A model generated the notes under the pieces. That model was given only the letters and a program-made list of their open reading frames with translations. It did no database searches and had not been told where the DNA came from. A program made the translations under genes and the position numbers. From NCBI GenBank assembly GCA_034226945.1, contig CP120459.1, forward strand, positions 868,001 through 932,000: a stretch of 64,000 bases of DNA, read 5' to 3'. The DNA comes from Picochlorum sp. SENEW3. Lineage: Eukaryota. How positions within the stretch are numbered: the first letter of the stretch is position 1; the number at the start of each line of letters is the position of its first letter. Positions 12,202 through 23,897 of this stretch are shown here, one piece after another.

Positions 12202-13671
12202 TCATCTTTCTTCTATTTGAGGCAAGTTCATAATTTCCGCTACAGCTTCTGCTGCGCTCAAGTGTCCGTTTAAAACTTGTGCAACTGCCGTCAATACTGG
12301 CAGCTGCACTCTGTATTTCCGTGCCAGTGATACCACGACACCAGCCGTCGGCACACCTTCCGCAACTTGTGACGACGATGCTAATATATCCACTAATGCT
12401 TCTCCTTTCCCCAGACGAACCCCAACCGATCTATTTCTACTCAGAGAACCATAACAAGTCAGCATAATATCTCCCAGTCCTGACAACCCACTCACAGTTG
12501 CAGGTTTTGCTCCCATCTTTTCAGCAAGCCATCGAATTTCCGAGCAACCTTGTGAAATCAACGCCGCCATTGCATTATTGCCTAGCTCCAAACCTTCCAC
12601 GATACCTGCCGCAATAGCAAGGACATTCTTCAGTGCCCCACAAATCTCCACACCAATGACATCAGTGGTAATATTCACCCTCATTGTCGGAGATGCAAAC
12701 AAGTTCTGAACCTTTCGACACAATACTTTATCTCTACTCGCTGCGACCAGGCCCGTTGGGCGCTTATCCATAACTTCCTTGGCAAAAGATGGGCCAGATA
12801 AAAAGACCATGGGCTGCTTTCTTCCAAGCGCTGATGGTATCAAGTCAGACATTATTTTTCCAGTAGTCACCTCAATCCCTTTGCTAACAGAAATAATTGG
12901 AAGATCTGGATCAATATAATCTTTTATACTCTTCAAAAAGTCCCTAGAATGCTGCACTGGAACCGCATGAATAGCATATTGGGCCCCTTTCAACGCAGCT
13001 TCTGCAGACGTTGTCGCAGTCACCTGGTCAGGAAGCCTAAAGTCTGGCAAATATCTAGAATTATAATGTGAATCATTGATATCCTTGCACAAGTATGGAT
13101 CGCGGAGCAAGAGAACAATCTTCATCTGTGAGTGTTGGCGTGCCAAAGCCACCCCAATTGCAGTCCCGAAGCTCCCACCACCAAACACAACCACCTTATC
13201 CAACCCTACGTCCCCTGCCGACCTCGCAGCTTCTCTTTCACGCAAATTCTTCGACCACCGCATCAAACGAGCCCAAGAATTCTTGATCCTTCTCTCCTCC
13301 TCTGGAGGATACATGACCAACTCACCCCCTGCAGCAACAGCAGGCATAGCCCTCGCCCGTGAAGCCTCCTTCAGCTTTTTAATCCTTTCGCGCTTAGTCA
13401 AATTTTGTTTCGGGTTCTGCGCACTTCCATCCGATGGCACCACCGTGCAATACTCGTCGCCACCCTCCAAAGACACCTCCTCATCCCCAGGTGGGGATGC
13501 ACTGGCCCTCCCCAGCATACTCACACCATCGTCGCACGCTCTCCATTCCCCATACATTTTACCATCCATATATCTAGGAATAGTACGCTGCTGCCATCCA
13601 GCGCAATGCGACCTCCTCCGACCAGGAGTCCCCAGCGGCAGCACGACTGCGGATGCATAACACAACACCAT
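12202..13671 (-). CDS. gpsA: NAD(P)-dependent glycerol-3-phosphate dehydrogenase, plastid-targeted
   Basis: Motifs VFGGGSFGTA, SVSKGIE, LSGPSFAKEV, GALKNVLAIAAG, GDIMLTC..SRNR; N-terminal extension. Confidence 0.95.
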   Translation of the reverse strand: MVLCYASAVVLPLGTPGRRRSHCAGWQQRTIPRYMDGKMYGEWRACDDGVSMLGRASASPPGDEEVSLEGGDEYCTVVPSDGSAQNPKQNLTKRERIKKLKEASRARAMPAVAAGGELVMYPPEEERRIKNSWARLMRWSKNLREREAARSAGDVGLDKVVVFGGGSFGTAIGVALARQHSQMKIVLLLRDPYLCKDINDSHYNSRYLPDFRLPDQVTATTSAEAALKGAQYAIHAVPVQHSRDFLKSIKDYIDPDLPIISVSKGIEVTTGKIMSDLIPSALGRKQPMVFLSGPSFAKEVMDKRPTGLVAASRDKVLCRKVQNLFASPTMRVNITTDVIGVEICGALKNVLAIAAGIVEGLELGNNAMAALISQGCSEIRWLAEKMGAKPATVSGLSGLGDIMLTCYGSLSRNRSVGVRLGKGEALVDILASSSQVAEGVPTAGVVVSLARKYRVQLPVLTAVAQVLNGHLSAAEAVAEIMNLPQIEER

Positions 13672-14128
13672 CCCCTCTAGCCAGCTGCTAGCGAAAAATT
13701 ACCCCTTTGTGATATTAAAGTGGACTTTTATTGCAAAATGCGCCTCGTTCTTGCTACTATGTGTCTCCGTCGTGAGCTCTTTCGACAACCAAACGTCCAA
13801 ATCCTTCAATATCTAGTCATGCGCGCAAAACAACTGCTATGCCTGATCCTCCCCACAAAATATAACGAATTCATCATCATGAGGTTGCATTTGGACGCAT
13901 CGAATGACCATGGGAGCCAAGGTTTACGACAATCCTAGCCAGTTCAAAGTCACCTATCAAACGATTCGTTGATAGGGCACAGTAATCTATCAATTTCAAC
14001 TGACGAACTGTCTCGTTATCCACCATTCAAGGCATAAATAAACTCCCCATCACCCCTATTGTGCATTATTTAAAAATATATATCACTGCTGTAGCGAAAT
14101 TCGTTGTCCCTGTGTCTGAAAGGGTCGT

Positions 14129-14767
14129 ATGTCAACGACAAGGCATTCGTTTAGACACCAAGGGCAGACTGTGTACGAGTGGGATCAAACTCTGAGGTGT
14201 GTTACATATATGGTGTTTTTGGATTCTGGTGTGGCTGCGGATATGACGATGGAGAGTCTGTGGACGATTGTTGAAAACGGTGGGTGGTTGGGCGGGAAAT
14301 CAGCGTCAGTCGCTCTATACATGACGTTGCTCGGTTGCCTTCTCCATCTAATACATGTATAATTCAAATACAGTGACGTGAACCTGTATATCTCTGGTAT
14401 ACCAGAGGGGGTGACCGGAAAGCAGTTGGATATCGTCATAAAACCGACGAGGGTATCCGTGGGTATCCGTGAGACGCCTCCATATTTAGATAAAGAGTTG
14501 ACTGAGATTGTGAAAGCAGAGGAATCTCTGTGGACGTTTGATCCTGACACGAGAGAGCTGCATATTCAACTGTGCAAGGCTGAAGAGGCTCGGGTGTGGG
14601 ACTGTGTTTTTGTTGGGCATCAGCAAGAGCAGAGCGGGGATCCCGAGGGTGATAAAAAGCGTTTGATGCTTGAGCGCTTTCAGAGGGATCATCCTGGGTT
14701 TGATTTTTCTGGTGCAGAGTTTACAGGGAACGTGCCTGATCCGAGGACGTTTCATCCTGGTAGATAA
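14129..14767 (+). CDS. NudC/CS-domain co-chaperone (NUDCD2-like)
   Basis: Exons 14129-14196 and 14374-14767. Motifs YEWDQTLSDVNLYI, KAEESLWT, KKRLMLERFQRDHPGFDFSGAEFTG. Confidence 0.9.
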
Positions 14768-16736
14768 TGATACTGCAGAGGTGTGGGCCGTGCGGGCTGA
14801 CGCCCTGCATGGTGGGCAGAACTCATAAAAGTATTGGGTGTCGCCGAATGTCTAGAATTCAAGGGGATGGGCAGGCGGCGGTTGTTAGAAGAGGACGGTT
14901 TGTGTGTTCTCGTGTTTCACAGAGAGAGGATCATCAGAGCACCGTTGATGAGTATTCTGCGGGAGTAGATGTTGAACGTGGTGTATTGGACGTGAGTTGC
15001 GTTGGTTTTGGAAGTCGTGGTGTGGATGCATTGAGACGTGTGCACGAGTCTGGGTGCATGCCTAGGAGGACAACATCGCTATGGTGCCTTGACACAGATA
15101 TGAATATGATTGAGGCTGCAAAGGAGTATGCGGATGTTATTCATATGGATTCAAATAAAGGAGGGTTGGTTCCGGATGATGTGATGCGAATTGTTGGAAG
15201 GACTGCGTCGGATGCGGGAGGACAGGGGAATATTGGAAGTGGGGATGGATGCTTGGCATTTGTGATTTCTCCATCCACAGGAATCCCTGGAGGGCGTGAT
15301 TCCTTATTGCATATTACGCAATCATTTCGTGCGGCAGGGCATTTTACTGTCGCTGCAGTTGTGTCTCCATTTGACTTTGAGGGTTCGTTGAAGAAGAAAC
15401 AGTCGGACGAGTTGGTTGCTGAACTCTCTGCACTAGCACATGTTGTTGTGGTATTGGATCAGGATGTATTGCTTCGACAATCATACGGGGATGAGCAGCA
15501 ATTAACAGTTGCTGAATCAACAGAAATAGCAAATACAGCCCTTGAGCACACTGTGAGATGTGTGGTACAAGCAGTTCTTGCATCAGAAATGTTGAAGAGC
15601 ACGCAAGGGGGCCTTATGTGGCATGGAGAAGAGTTGAGACACTTCAAACGGCTCATTTCCCCACCATTACAGAACCTTCTCACTGGAAAAGGAGTTGGTG
15701 TGTTAGGCAGAGGCCTGGCATCGCTACCCCCAAAGGCTGCTTCTTCAATGGGCCATACATCTGCATTGATGCACCTTGCATCAGATGCTGTTGCAGGGGC
15801 AGCGGAGAGTCCATTCATGGAAGGCGTCGTGGAAAAAGCACGAGGCGTTTTATGTTGTCTTAGAATTCCAGATAGTGCATCTCTCGCAGATGTGTTGGGC
15901 ACTACTGATGATGTTGAGATGGACAAGGCATACAGGATGGCTGCACAAGCATCTGCTGGGGCTCTGAGAACAATAACTGGACGAGGATGCGATGATTTCT
16001 TGGTATTTATAGAAAAATATAGACCTGAAAACCCCAGCTCGATTCAAGTTGAAGCTACAATGCTGGTTCTTTGGTCGAATGATGCTGCTGGTGCACCGAA
16101 ACCTTCATGGAAATCATCATGGAATATACCAGTGCATCAAAGCACCAAAAAGCAGGATGCTGGGGACAAGGGGCAGAAATCGTGGGGTATGCTTTCTGCT
16201 ATTGCTGGAGGTGACGGTAAAAAGTCCAATGTAGCTGCAAAAGAAAAGAAAACGCCATCGCCTCCAGTTGTAAAGCGACCAGTTGTTGTCAAGCCTTCCC
16301 GTGAAGAGAAAGCAGCATCTCGACGCGGAGCCCAACAGAATGTAACAGTTGGAGACTATTTGGCAGAATCCTTGACCGCACAATCCTTAGATCTTCCACC
16401 AGCTGTATGTTGTGTTGTATACAATGTCGAATCATGTTGAGAGTACTACTGACCATCCATTGTCCACATGTTTTGCAGGCTGCCCGCTGGAGGCAAGAGC
16501 ATCGATCAGGCAGCATGAAACAACGCCGCCTTGTTGTCTGGGAAGTCGATGAGGAGGAGGAGTGGGAGTCCGAGACACCCAGAAACCCACTGAAAGCGAT
16601 TCTAGGAGACAAATCTCAACCAAAGCAGAACAAAAAGGTGAATGTCCGTGATAGAGTTGCAGGAATCCTTGCCCAGGATAGAGATGAAGCATGGGAAGCT
16701 CATGTTCGAGACACCATGTCAAATAACAACAATTAA
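14767..16736 (+). CDS. ARC3-like degenerate FtsZ-domain plastid division protein
   Basis: Exons 14767-16404 and 16479-16736. Transit-peptide-like N-terminus; VSCVGFGSRG, TVAAVVSPFDFEG, VVVLDQDVLL, TVAESTEIAN are FtsZ-like. No GGGTG tubulin motif. Confidence 0.7.
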
Positions 16737-16749
16737 ACTGTATCTTGAC

Positions 16750-17685
16750 TTATCTTTTTATTACATCTCCATGTACATCTACTCGCACCCCAGATGAGGC
16801 CTTTTCCATTCCAAGTACCAACACAGACTGCACAGTTTCAACTGCCCGAGGCAAAATATCCTTCTCCACCTGCACCTTTTCTTCCTGCCTAAAACCATTC
16901 AGCACATGGCTCACTACATCCCGACCTGGCTCGGGTCGACCTATACCAATCTTTACCCTAGCAAATCCATTAGAACCTACACAATCTATGATTGATCTCA
17001 TCCCATTCTGCCCACCATGTCCACCCTTTGCTCGCAGCCTCACACTCCCAAGATTCGTATCCAAATCATCATACAGTACAATTAAATTACTCAGGGGAAT
17101 CTTGTAGTAATCCAGCAGCTTTGAAACCCCTTCCCCAGAATTGTTCATAAATGTCATTGGTTTGGCTAGCAGCACTTTCCGATCGCATATATACCCACGA
17201 CCCACATGACAATTCTTCTGCAACCTTTCTAACGAAATCCCATGCGCCTTGGCAATCTCATCCACTGCCATGAACCCCACATTATGACGGTGATGTGCAT
17301 ACTTGGGTCCAGGATTTCCAAGACCCACAATCAACCATATACTCCCACCATCCTCCACGGATGAGGAATGTATGTTTCCATTCATCCAAGCACTACCTAC
17401 AGCATGCTGCTGCGACCGCTGTGTTGAATGAAACAACCCCATCCTGTGTTGCTGCCTCCTACAACCTGTGTGTGTGTAACTCCTTCTACCCACGCACGAA
17501 CACACTCTCCAGCCTTGATGATACTCTGCGGAACGTCTTCTTGATCCTTGATCTGTTCCTAACACGCTCACAAGACGATCAATTCCAGCAACAGTCTTGT
17601 TGGTACTCTCCCTCCCTTTTCTGCTGTACCCACTGCTCAAAGCGTGAATACGAGACAATGTACCATGCAAATACTTCATATCCAA
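16750..17685 (-). CDS. pth: Peptidyl-tRNA hydrolase, organellar (Pth/CRS2 family)
   Basis: Motifs LIVGLGNPG..RHNVGF, LAKPMTFMNNSG, YDDLD, GGHGGQNG; long targeting extension. Confidence 0.93.
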   Translation of the reverse strand: MDMKYLHGTLSRIHALSSGYSRKGRESTNKTVAGIDRLVSVLGTDQGSRRRSAEYHQGWRVCSCVGRRSYTHTGCRRQQHRMGLFHSTQRSQQHAVGSAWMNGNIHSSSVEDGGSIWLIVGLGNPGPKYAHHRHNVGFMAVDEIAKAHGISLERLQKNCHVGRGYICDRKVLLAKPMTFMNNSGEGVSKLLDYYKIPLSNLIVLYDDLDTNLGSVRLRAKGGHGGQNGMRSIIDCVGSNGFARVKIGIGRPEPGRDVVSHVLNGFRQEEKVQVEKDILPRAVETVQSVLVLGMEKASSGVRVDVHGDVIKR

Positions 17686-17902
17686 CCAATATCAGACCAT
17701 TTCCCCCCTTTCCTTGATCATCTACGAAACAAAAAGAATACATCGTGCCAGAGAAGACATTGATCTATAGCAAAAACCAACCCACGACAATGCACCCCAT
17801 CACACAAAACCTTTGATGGGCCCCTCAATCTCCACCCCACTCTCATCTGGATCAGGTATGAGTTGGCCACTTCCGACACATCTAGCACACAGCAAAACCA
17901 TA

Positions 17903-18677
17903 ATGAATACATCCATCTTTATTGGAACAATAGGATCATCACCATCAGGTGCCATGAGAGTAGCAAGAGCCTCTCAGAACGTCAGGGTATGTCATTGTGG
18001 TTCAGGGTGGTAGTACTTTGGTCTCTAGTTCTCGCTGATTCGACGGATACGGTGCCTGCGAGCCTTCTGTTGAACCTTTTCTTATATTATTCATGTATTT
18101 TGAATACAACAATGCCCAACAAGGTCATGGTGGGGTTTTGCCATTCGAAAACCGTGCCGCGTGTCGTTCCGAAAACCCACCCACCCCATCTTTCACCCTT
18201 GTCTTGTGATTCATAGTACCGTCATGTCATTTGCAGGGTAGCACCACTGCCACCACCATGAAGTCATCAAAGCCATATCAGCAGAGAATTCTTGTCCAGC
18301 CATACGTGCAGAGCAGGGTGCATGCCATGGGTGATGAAGACACCCAGTCACAACAGGGAGGGCTGTTCAATGAACAATTCATGGGTGTATTACAGCAGAG
18401 TCTTGCCAGACAAGGTGGTGATGCGTTGACAACAGGACCAGAGTTGGACGAGGAGGAAATGCGAGCGAGTGCGACGGAGGAGGTTTTGGAGGCGGCATTG
18501 AACCAGAGCAAGCTGTCTCTCCGTATGATGCAGCAGTGGAAGAATCAACTCGAGGCTCAGATTGCAGTACAAGAGAAGCAAGTGAGCCGCATGGAGTTTG
18601 CCTTGAACAAATCTCGTAATGACGCTGCGTATATGCGTTCGTTGAAGCAAATGCTTCATGATTATTCGTCCGAGTAA
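17903..18677 (+). CDS. Hypothetical plastid-targeted coiled-coil protein
   Basis: Exons 17903-17986 and 18237-18677 (GTATGT..TTGCAG intron). Ser/Thr/Arg-rich N-terminus, Gln/Glu-rich heptads. Confidence 0.6.
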
Positions 18678-19047
18678 TGAGTAGCAAATGCATGTTGGTC
18701 TTTTCTAGACAAATGCCCATTGAGCAGAAGAAATCACAAGAACATGGATGACAATTATGATGATGACGCACTTGTAGTATTTTTGTAATGAATGGTATCT
18801 TGTTGTTGTTGACCTATCGTTTCATATCAGCACAGCATGTGCTTGATAGCCTCATGTACCCACAGTGTAGCACAGAAGAAGAGGGAGTCCAATCTGCTCA
18901 TTCATCACTGTTTGCTCGTGACAGTGGGATTTCCGATTCAATTCGTATAAAGAATCATACCATGCCAACCAGAATAAAAAAATAATCACTATGAGAATAC
19001 GTGGGCGACGATCGCGAGTGTTTGAGCAAGAATAATGTCAATCAACC

Positions 19048-20451
19048 ATGCTGTTGAAAATTCTCAGTTACAACGTGAATTCTTTAAAAGCATACATGCG
19101 ACGTCAAGAGCATACAAAACTGAATGATTTTTTAGATGATTTGGATGCTGATATAGTCTGTTTGCAGGAAACAAAGTTGTCTAAAGCAGACGGAGAGTAT
19201 GTTTCTTGCAGTTTACTTGCACGGGACTCTGGAAAAGATGAGGGGGCAAACCGATACGAAGGGTTTCTAAGCTTTTGTGAGAAGAAACCAGGGTATAGTG
19301 GGGTGGCGACATTTGTCAACTCTCGTCGTCTTGTGCCGCATACGGTCGACATTGGGTTGTTTGTACCAGGCTCTAGAGAACATGCACGCCTGTTGCAGCA
19401 TCTTTCATCCGAGCGACTGGACGAGTTAAATTCAGAGGGGAGGGTTGTGGTAACCCATTTTGACGATTTTGTATTATTCAACATCTATGGACCCGCAGTA
19501 TCATCTGATGCACCAGAACGAATGGCGTTTAAGATGGATTTTTACACAGCATTACATGTCAGATGTCAATGTATTGCTCAGAGGATTATCATCGTGGGCG
19601 ACTTTAATATTGCGCCTCATCCGATCGATTCATCCTTTTATAATCCATGCAACAGTACATCACGTCCAGATCGACTGTGGATGAAAGAGCTGTTGTCGCC
19701 ATCCGGGTCGAGCTTTGTGGACTGCTTTCGACTGTTTTGGCCAGACCGCAGGGATGCCTATACTGCATGGAACCAAAAGGTGAATGCACGCGACAATAAT
19801 TATGGCTCGCGAATAGACCTATGTCTAGCAAAGGGGTTTGATGGGGGTGATGTGCGTATAGAAGCATCCGATATATGCCCTGATGTTCTCGGCAGTGACC
19901 ACTGCCCAGTGTATGTGACACTGTCAACAACATTGCCTGGTGGTTTTGGGACCCCATCGCGTGCGATCCCTAAAGAAGCGATTCGATTCGTAGTAGGTAC
20001 TCAGAGAACTATTTCATCATATTTTACAGCAGGACTGCCACATACACGTGACGCCCCAACCCATCAGCAACAACAGCCTTGTCCAAAAAGAGCAAAGAAG
20101 CAAGCCAACCTGACCTCTCTATGCCGTGGCCGAGACACGTCATCATTAGCATCCTCATCATCACCATCAAAGATGTGTAGCTGGTTAGAAGAGGAATACA
20201 AAGCGTCTGAAGAATACGCTCGGCAATGTCAAGCAGATGCAGCGCGTGCATGGAAAAGCATTCAGAACGCCATGCCTACAGTTCCCACATGCCGACACGG
20301 ACTTGAAGCAGCATTAAAAAAAGTCCGAAAAAACTCAAAACATAAGGGAAGAATGTTTTATTGCTGCCCGAAAAGCGCAGGTTCTGGCCCACAGGGCCAA
20401 TGCAATTTCTTCCAATGGGTCTCAAATACACTGAAGAATTCCAATGAATGA
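19048..20451 (+). CDS. APE2: AP endonuclease 2 (ExoIII family) with PIP box and GRF zinc finger
   Basis: Motifs SYNVN, CLQETK, GYSGVATF, GDFN, RIDLCL, SDHCPV; PIP-like QRTISSYF; C-terminal CRHG..GRMFYCC..QCNFFQW. Confidence 0.93.
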   Translation: MLLKILSYNVNSLKAYMRRQEHTKLNDFLDDLDADIVCLQETKLSKADGEYVSCSLLARDSGKDEGANRYEGFLSFCEKKPGYSGVATFVNSRRLVPHTVDIGLFVPGSREHARLLQHLSSERLDELNSEGRVVVTHFDDFVLFNIYGPAVSSDAPERMAFKMDFYTALHVRCQCIAQRIIIVGDFNIAPHPIDSSFYNPCNSTSRPDRLWMKELLSPSGSSFVDCFRLFWPDRRDAYTAWNQKVNARDNNYGSRIDLCLAKGFDGGDVRIEASDICPDVLGSDHCPVYVTLSTTLPGGFGTPSRAIPKEAIRFVVGTQRTISSYFTAGLPHTRDAPTHQQQQPCPKRAKKQANLTSLCRGRDTSSLASSSSPSKMCSWLEEEYKASEEYARQCQADAARAWKSIQNAMPTVPTCRHGLEAALKKVRKNSKHKGRMFYCCPKSAGSGPQGQCNFFQWVSNTLKNSNE

Positions 20452-20456
20452 ATCCA

Positions 20457-20852
20457 TCATCGTGCCTGTTCTTTTTCTTTTAATCTCAGTTCTAACAAAT
20501 CAAATGCAGTCAATTCTCGAGGCATCCCCTTCATGTCGGCCACCATGTCCTCATACGCCTTTTTTGATTCCAGATACACTGTCCACACACACTCTTGGCA
20601 CCCCTTGCCACAACAGTCATGAGGCCCAGGCTCTTGTGGCTCATACAACTTCTCCCCTGTATCCAACACAATATACTCCAATCCATTCTCTATGAAGGGT
20701 CCAGTCGATTTTGACATCCTAGACATGGGATTATACGGCAGAGTCTTGGATATTGTTGTAGTAGAAAATGACCCTCGTTGTCTCTGTGAGCAGAGCACAG
20801 ACCATAGGGTCGAGTGCTTTTTCAACACCCAACCAATCCCACGACTCACCAT
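20457..20852 (-). CDS. Oxidoreductase-like domain protein (OXLD1-like), probably mitochondrial
   Basis: Motif PQEPGPHDCCGKGCQECVWTVY. Start taken at MVSRGIG (presequence-like). Confidence 0.8.
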   Translation of the reverse strand: MVSRGIGWVLKKHSTLWSVLCSQRQRGSFSTTTISKTLPYNPMSRMSKSTGPFIENGLEYIVLDTGEKLYEPQEPGPHDCCGKGCQECVWTVYLESKKAYEDMVADMKGMPRELTAFDLLELRLKEKEQAR

Positions 20853-21216
20853 GGCTACATCAGCAATCTTGGATACGTAAAATGTCAAATTCCTATCGAG
20901 ATGGTGTATATATTGCCATAGTATGGGATTATTACTATTTCGCAAAAATGCGCATGTTCACATGGATACTCGTGTGGACTCGGTTACATAATATCCATGA
21001 ATATCATGCTATATACTTATTTATTTATTGCTGTATGCTTGCGAGGGAACGGAATGAGTAGACATCTGCGTGATGATAGGGTTTGCATGGCGAAGCGTGT
21101 GTTTTTAATGTTTTGAAAAGGAACAAGTCAACGGCAGTCATTGCTGTTTACCAAAGAAACTATACCATCAATAGAGAAGAAAGATATATCTCCGTCTATG
21201 ACTGCATACGTACTGG

Positions 21217-22270
21217 ATGAGGATGGATATTCGTGCCAAAGTCTCCAGCTTGGCATGCCAGTTGGGTGCCTTGGGGTATCCCAACACAGTGGATGAATGC
21301 CGGTTCAAGGATGGGGATTGTGACGTGTTTTTGGATGTCATCAAGTTTTTGTTTGAATATTATTGGGATAGTATCGGCAATGATGTGATACGGTTGAACA
21401 GAAAGTGTATTCCAGCGTCGTGGGTGGTACATGGTTGCTCTACTCATGAAGAAGAAGAAGAAGTAGTAGAAGTAGGTCAACAACGGAGGATTGTTGTTGG
21501 CCTGTTGTTTGGTGATGAGCAAAAGCGCAGAGAATCGTTCCGTAAGATGAGTCGAATCTGTAGAGATGTTTTTGATATGAAAATTCCTCTTGGAGAGGAT
21601 CAGTTTGTGAGAAAGGTGCGTATTCTATTGGAAGTGTTTTCTTTTCTCTTTGTCGTATGTAGACACACGTCTATGCATGTAGGGGTTTGTGCTGAAAAAG
21701 CTGGACATAGTGCTTGAGATTCTTAAACATCTTCGAGATATACATGCAACACGTGTAAAAAAGTCCAAGGACATGAGGAATAGTGCGACTGCAGCATCGG
21801 CCAAGAAGAAGAAGAATGACGGAAGTGATGCTGGTGGCAAGAGGGCCTCTGAAACTCGTGAGAAGAATCACCTTGATGATGATGGCCTGCACGCGCCGCG
21901 AAAAACACCCAATGACATTATTTCATCGGATCCCGCGATTTTTTCTTTTTTGAATCGTTTTATGGATCCCTTCTGGGTAGAGGACCCAGTGGGCATGTGT
22001 ACTCAGAATGCCATGCAAGAGGACACACCTGTTGAGTTTGGAGAGTTTTTGGTCGGCCATCCTCATGCAGCTATGGATGACTGCACATGGCTGTCAGATC
22101 CATCAATGCATGGACATGAAGCGACAATAAATCCTCTATTCTCTTCGTCACCTGTTTCAGAAGAAATGACGACGTTGAACGATGGCATTTCGTGTTTGCA
22201 TCAACTCGAGGGCCGGATTAGAGGTGCACTGGCAGTCTTGCAGCAAGTTTCCATGCATTGTGAACATTAA
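21217..22270 (+). CDS. CEP44-domain (centrosomal protein 44-like) protein
   Basis: Exons 21217-21615 and 21683-22270. LGYPNTVD..KDGD..FLDVIKF..RICRDVFDMKIPL..DQFVRKGFVLKKLDIVLEIL resembles the CEP44 N-terminal domain as recalled. Confidence 0.7.
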
Positions 22271-22370
22271 TTGTGTTGATTCACACAAAAGTACGAATAT
22301 TCAGATACTATCAAGTTACATATAATGGCGATACTAACAACTGTCGGTATATACGCATACGTACACTAGA

Positions 22371-23682
22371 TCAGACATTGTCGGTGGCAACTCGAACCAC
22401 TCTTTGCCGAGAAGAATCCTCCTCCTGCTCCTCTCGACCACCGCCTTCCTGTTGCTGTTGACCGTCCCCATCTTCCCGACTTTCCTCGCCATTCATATCC
22501 GTATCTTGAGTAGATCGATAATGTCCTAGTGCCTGAACCGCATGTTCAATCTCGTACAATTGCTCATCAATGAATATCCCACACAGCCCAACATTATCAA
22601 AGGGATCTTCTAGGGTGATGGACACATTCAGTAGCCCAGTCAGCGCGATTTGAAACGCTGATGATACAAAAAATGCCACTGCGAAATCCGCATTTTCTGA
22701 AATAAATGCCCAGTATGGACCGAAGAACACTGGTATGATGATGCATATGTAACATCTGACCATGGCTCGTATTCCCTGCGGTGACCCAAATTCTTTCGCA
22801 TTGCACAACTTGTCAATCACCACATGAAGATTAAATATATGTCTACGCATTTCTACAGTTTGTTCATTGCATTGTAACGACAGCATATCAAGTTCCTCCA
22901 AGCCCTTACGAATCTGACGTTGAGACTGCGACCCATCCAGTGCTATTTGATACTGCACAGTACAGTCCACTTATGAACCGCAAAGGGACGGAAACCGTCA
23001 TTCGTACCCAAAAAGTATCGTACCATTGCTGACTTATATCCCAAATATGGATATCTTGTAGAGTAAAACCGAGAAGGTAGAAAGTAATTGTGCATGCCAA
23101 GAGTGATACGCATGCATGCCCGAGACATGGACCCCAAGAGAACTGCCCTGGTATCCCCATGCTGATCATCTTGCCCCTCATGGTCATGGTCATCCTCCAA
23201 ATCTGCCACTGAGAAACTTCGAATCAAGTACAGCATACCACACTTGACCTCTGATAGCCAATCCAAGCATTGATTCCTTCTATTGTGAAGCATCCAAATG
23301 AATCCAATCATTGGCAGGACGACAACAAATTCGATAATCGTCAGATCCACCGGGGCGCTTAAACCCTTGGATCGATAATAGTTATAAAACACAACTGCAT
23401 CGGACAAACCCATGAGGTTGGTGCCATGATGATGTGTAAAGTACTAGTGTGCATACACCAGAGTTGTATAAACCGTAGTCCCATCGTACCTGACACAATA
23501 TTGATGATACAGCTCCACAAAGTCAGCCACGATTGCATACTAAGAAACCAAAATATAGAGGATCCCATATCCCGAAGATCCAACAACGCTGTTGACAATC
23601 CACGCTGAGCTCCAGCGAAACTCCTATCAAACAGGGGCACGCCCCGAGCATGGGTGCTGAACGGCGCACTCTTCTGTCTCAT
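22371..23682 (-). CDS. Bestrophin-like (UPF0187-type) membrane channel protein
   Basis: Exons 23682-23490, 23394-23024, 22952-22371 join three ORF fragments. About four TM segments, SPQGIRAM..PVFFGPYWA and LEDPFD motif. Confidence 0.7.
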
Positions 23683-23897
23683 CTTGATTAATATATTGTG
23701 AAAAATCGATTATTAGGAGCAATTGGGCTGGAGTTTGTGTGGAGCATCATACGGTTCTTTTTTAAATCAGATTTTTTTGAATTGTCCTCTCTGAATGCAC
23801 CACGTACGTATCTGAGAGATCTTGGCGTTGATGGATAAAACAGCAGCTACTATTCAACGTACCGTTATATCAATACGTGAATAGTATATTTAATGGC

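Noticed and set aside
14197..14373. NudC intron hairpin gatggaga/tctccatc followed by ACA
   Set aside because: Single hairpin, no H box or D box; too weak to call.
22371..23682. Apparent frameshifted pseudogene (several ORF fragments)
   Set aside because: Two canonical GT-AG introns restore a single frame.
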